Positions 33,896 to 36,433 of a stretch of 36,433 nt of DNA are shown piece after piece. Under the pieces are notes generated by a model, which saw only the letters and a list, made by a program, of their open reading frames with translations, had not been told where the DNA came from and made no database searches. Source of the DNA: a virus (lineage: Duplodnaviria > Heunggongvirae > Uroviricota > Caudoviricetes); the IMG/VR virus record IMGVR_UViG_3300033075_001761. One strand, written 5' to 3'. Position 1 is the first letter of the stretch. Every line of letters begins with the position of its first letter. A program made the position numbers and the translations under genes.

Positions 33896-36331
33896 ATGAC
33901 GCAAAGTTTTGTTGGTTTAGAGCAGCTTAAGCAATACTCGGCTCTTACCGAAATTGCTCCTGGTGGAGACACGACTCTCGACACAGTGATCTCAAATATT
34001 AACAGTGTTGTTAAAGAGCCTGGAGCACTTAGCTTCCCCGGAGGAAACGCTGTTCTTACAGTTGGCGCTACAAACGTAACGATTGGTCCAAGTGGAAAGC
34101 TTAAGGCTCTTCCTCAAATTTCTGGAGTTGACGTAGGTTCAATTACGGGAACTTTTACATTTACAGGGAATCCAAACGTAACTGTAACTGGAAGTGCTGT
34201 GGCTGTTGCAAACGTAAGTTTAACTTCAGGACAATTTGTTAAAGTTGGAATAGAAATCCGTTCTGACGCTCAAATTTATGCAATATTTGGAACTCCGGGA
34301 GCTTCGCAAAGTGCGGCTGGCGCTCCTATCTTTTCAAAGAAATCAATTCCTCTTGGGTACATTGTTCTAGAGAACAATGGAACGGCTGGAACTGGAAACG
34401 TTTTGAACAGAACAAATGCAAATATTTATGCGTTTGGATCTGGTTCTGGAGGAGCTTCTTCTGGCGCTGCTGGAGTAAACTATCTCGTCTCTAGCTCGAA
34501 GGCTTGGGATTTTGAAGACGGTAACGCAGATGGTTGGAGTGCTTATGCTGACGCTGCGGGAACGTCTCCTGTAGATGGCACAGGCGGTTCTCCTAACGTA
34601 ACTTTTGCAGTGTCGGCGTCTTCTCCTTTGCGCGGTTCATATAATGGACTTTTTACAAAGGATGCAGCGAACAGGCAAGGACAAGGAGCCTCTGTTAACT
34701 TTACTTTGGACTCGGCTGACAAGAGCAAACCTTTTTCTGTAATTGTAGATACAGAAACTTCGGCTAACTATACAGGCTCAAGCGGGACAGAATATGCTCG
34801 CATCTTTGTGTATGACGTAACGAATTCGGCTTTGTTGCCTGGGTACATTGAAGTACCAGTTGGCAGTGGGCCTGCCCGTGGGTTCTTCTTGGCAACAACT
34901 TCTACAAGCTATCGTTTGATATTCCACGTAGCTGGAACAGGAACGTCAGCTTGGACTTTGAAAGTAGATAATGTTCAAGTAGGTCCGCAGGATATTCTGT
35001 TCGGACTTGCTGGACATGAGGCCATTTCTTACACCCCTACACTGGAAGGGGGATTCACCAATACAATTGTCTATGCTAAATATAGTCGCGTCGGAAAGCG
35101 TATACTTATCGAGTCCCGGATTGACGTAACAGGGGGGGGCTCGGGTGCTGATGTTACATTCTCCCTTCCTACAGGACTTACCTTTAATTTAGGAAGTGGC
35201 ACAAACGAGGTCGGTTCCGGGGTATTTACCGATGTTAGCGTTCCCGCCTCCCACTCAGTGCAGCTCACCTCTAGCCCAGGTTCATCCAGTAAATGTGGGT
35301 TCGTATTAACATCTAATCAAAATAATATATTGCAAGGGAATGACCTAGCTTCTGGGGATAATCTGTACGTCTCCATTTCGTTTGAAGTGAATGAGTGGTC
35401 CGCAAATGTCCAGATGGCCGACCGTTCTGTGGAAGAGTATGCCTTCAACACATCAACATCCACGACAACTGATGACACAACAAGCTTTGGGTATGGCGCG
35501 CTTGGAGCCCAGATTCAAAACGTAACTGCTGCGTTGGCAAGGCGCGTAAGATTTCAAACACCAGTGCTTCCGACGGATTCTTTGATCTTAGAATTGTCTT
35601 ACAACCGTTCTCTTTGGCGACCAGCCATGTCCATGGGTTACTTTGATGCTTCTGGTAACTCTCGCGTAGCTGCTTTCCAATCTCAGAACGGAGTTACTTA
35701 CGGGATTGGTTTGGCAAATGCGTCAACAGATCCTCGCGATATTGACTTATCGGTAGGTCAATATGCCCATCCATCGGGAGCTACCTTTGGTTCAGCAGGA
35801 ACGGCATGGAGTACAGGTGCGGGGTCTCTTTACTGGCGCATTCGTAAGGTAAGTGGAGGTGCCGCCGTAGGTTTTCCTGTGTCAAGCAGAAATATCATTG
35901 GGCACATCCCTACAAGTGGATCTGATGTTGTTCCAACTGGGTATGTTGGAGAGTTGATATCGGCGACTCAAACAAGATCTGGCCATCCTGCACTTACAAC
36001 AGGAGTTCAAGCAAACTTGGTATCAATCTCGCTCACTCCTGGCGTTTGGGATCTGTCAGGTATTCTTAAATTCGAGGGTGCAACTGGAGTCTCGGCAGCA
36101 CAACTTTTTGGTGGCATCTCTACAACATCAGCTTCGATTGATTTCTACGAAGGAAATAACGTGTTTGAAATAAACAAAACATTCACGACTGGCGATGACG
36201 TATCATACCCATTTGGTGTGTCTAGAATGATCGTATCTTCGACTACAACTGTTTACTTAGTTACACGAGCTTCATTTTCTGGAGGCTCTCTATGGCACTA
36301 TGGAACATTGAGAGCCACAAGAGTTGGTTAA
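33896..36331 (+). CDS. Putative receptor-binding tail fibre (811 aa, multi-domain)
   Basis: Gly/Ser/Thr-rich and beta-rich. It has a CBM-like segment WDFEDGNADGW, a SYTPTL...AKYSRVGK...FSLP domain, and a terminal VPTGYVGE...SISLTPGVWDLSG domain of a type seen at phage fibre tips. Confidence 0.75.
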   Translation: MTQSFVGLEQLKQYSALTEIAPGGDTTLDTVISNINSVVKEPGALSFPGGNAVLTVGATNVTIGPSGKLKALPQISGVDVGSITGTFTFTGNPNVTVTGSAVAVANVSLTSGQFVKVGIEIRSDAQIYAIFGTPGASQSAAGAPIFSKKSIPLGYIVLENNGTAGTGNVLNRTNANIYAFGSGSGGASSGAAGVNYLVSSSKAWDFEDGNADGWSAYADAAGTSPVDGTGGSPNVTFAVSASSPLRGSYNGLFTKDAANRQGQGASVNFTLDSADKSKPFSVIVDTETSANYTGSSGTEYARIFVYDVTNSALLPGYIEVPVGSGPARGFFLATTSTSYRLIFHVAGTGTSAWTLKVDNVQVGPQDILFGLAGHEAISYTPTLEGGFTNTIVYAKYSRVGKRILIESRIDVTGGGSGADVTFSLPTGLTFNLGSGTNEVGSGVFTDVSVPASHSVQLTSSPGSSSKCGFVLTSNQNNILQGNDLASGDNLYVSISFEVNEWSANVQMADRSVEEYAFNTSTSTTTDDTTSFGYGALGAQIQNVTAALARRVRFQTPVLPTDSLILELSYNRSLWRPAMSMGYFDASGNSRVAAFQSQNGVTYGIGLANASTDPRDIDLSVGQYAHPSGATFGSAGTAWSTGAGSLYWRIRKVSGGAAVGFPVSSRNIIGHIPTSGSDVVPTGYVGELISATQTRSGHPALTTGVQANLVSISLTPGVWDLSGILKFEGATGVSAAQLFGGISTTSASIDFYEGNNVFEINKTFTTGDDVSYPFGVSRMIVSSTTTVYLVTRASFSGGSLWHYGTLRATRVG

Positions 36332-36349
36332 TTTCATATTGGAGATTGC

Positions 36350-36433
36350 ATGAGTATTCGATGGATTTTCTTGGCTCTAATTTCTTGTTCTTCAGATAAG
36401 CCAGAAGAATCTCCTGAACCAATACAATCTCCA
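36350..36433 (+). CDS. Putative lipoprotein (partial, runs off the window)
   Basis: GGAG RBS at 36341-36344. MSIRWIFLALISC-SSDKPEES: basic residue, hydrophobic stretch, lipobox LISC. Confidence 0.55.
   Translation, partial: MSIRWIFLALISCSSDKPEESPEPIQSP

Larger units (their letters stand above)
1..36433 (+). mobile_element. Contractile-tailed (myovirus-like) phage virion morphogenesis region: neck, tail, baseplate and fibres
   Basis: Co-oriented, tightly packed sheath, two tube genes, chaperone with frameshift, TMP, gp53/gp27/gp5/gp25/J/I-like baseplate genes and fibres. Head-tail joining genes (gp14-like, gp15-like) argue for a phage rather than a headless injection system. Confidence 0.9.

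Noticed and set aside
33896-36331. Diversity-generating retroelement targeting the fibre tip
   Set aside because: No reverse transcriptase and no template/variable repeat pair are seen in the window.
1-36433. Alternative genetic code (stop-codon reassignment), tRNA genes or introns
   Set aside because: Genes terminate cleanly at TAA, TAG and TGA with tight packing. No cloverleaf-like sequences or split conserved genes were noticed, apart from the two frame junctions reported.

Overview
This window is the neck and contractile-tail morphogenesis region of a large myovirus-type bacteriophage. It is AT-rich, uses the standard code, and has Shine-Dalgarno RBSs and sigma70-like promoters. Gene order: unknown Glu-rich genes, gp14-like head-closure protein, tubulin/FtsZ-family GTPase, neck and gp15-like tail-terminator genes, sheath, free-standing HTH/PD-(D/E)xK endonuclease, tube 1, large cold-shock-domain protein, tube 2, RHH regulator, tail chaperone with a -1 frameshift extension, tape measure, baseplate (gp53, gp27, gp5, gp25, J/gp6, I/gp7-like), then a long series of modular fibre/decoration genes. 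The most unusual observations are these. (1) A tail-less tubulin with a ~110-aa N-terminal extension and a possible internal start sits among the neck genes. (2) A ~20-bp palindrome (AAGTC-YAATCRATTR-GACTT) occurs five times: upstream of the tubulin, baseplate J and two fibre genes, and over the start of the RHH gene. This suggests an RHH operator network or a TubZRC-like centromere system. (3) Two -1 frame junctions are missed by the ORF track: a canonical T TTT TTC chaperone slip and an A9 run extending the cold-shock-domain protein. All product calls come from motif recognition by eye; no database searches were run.
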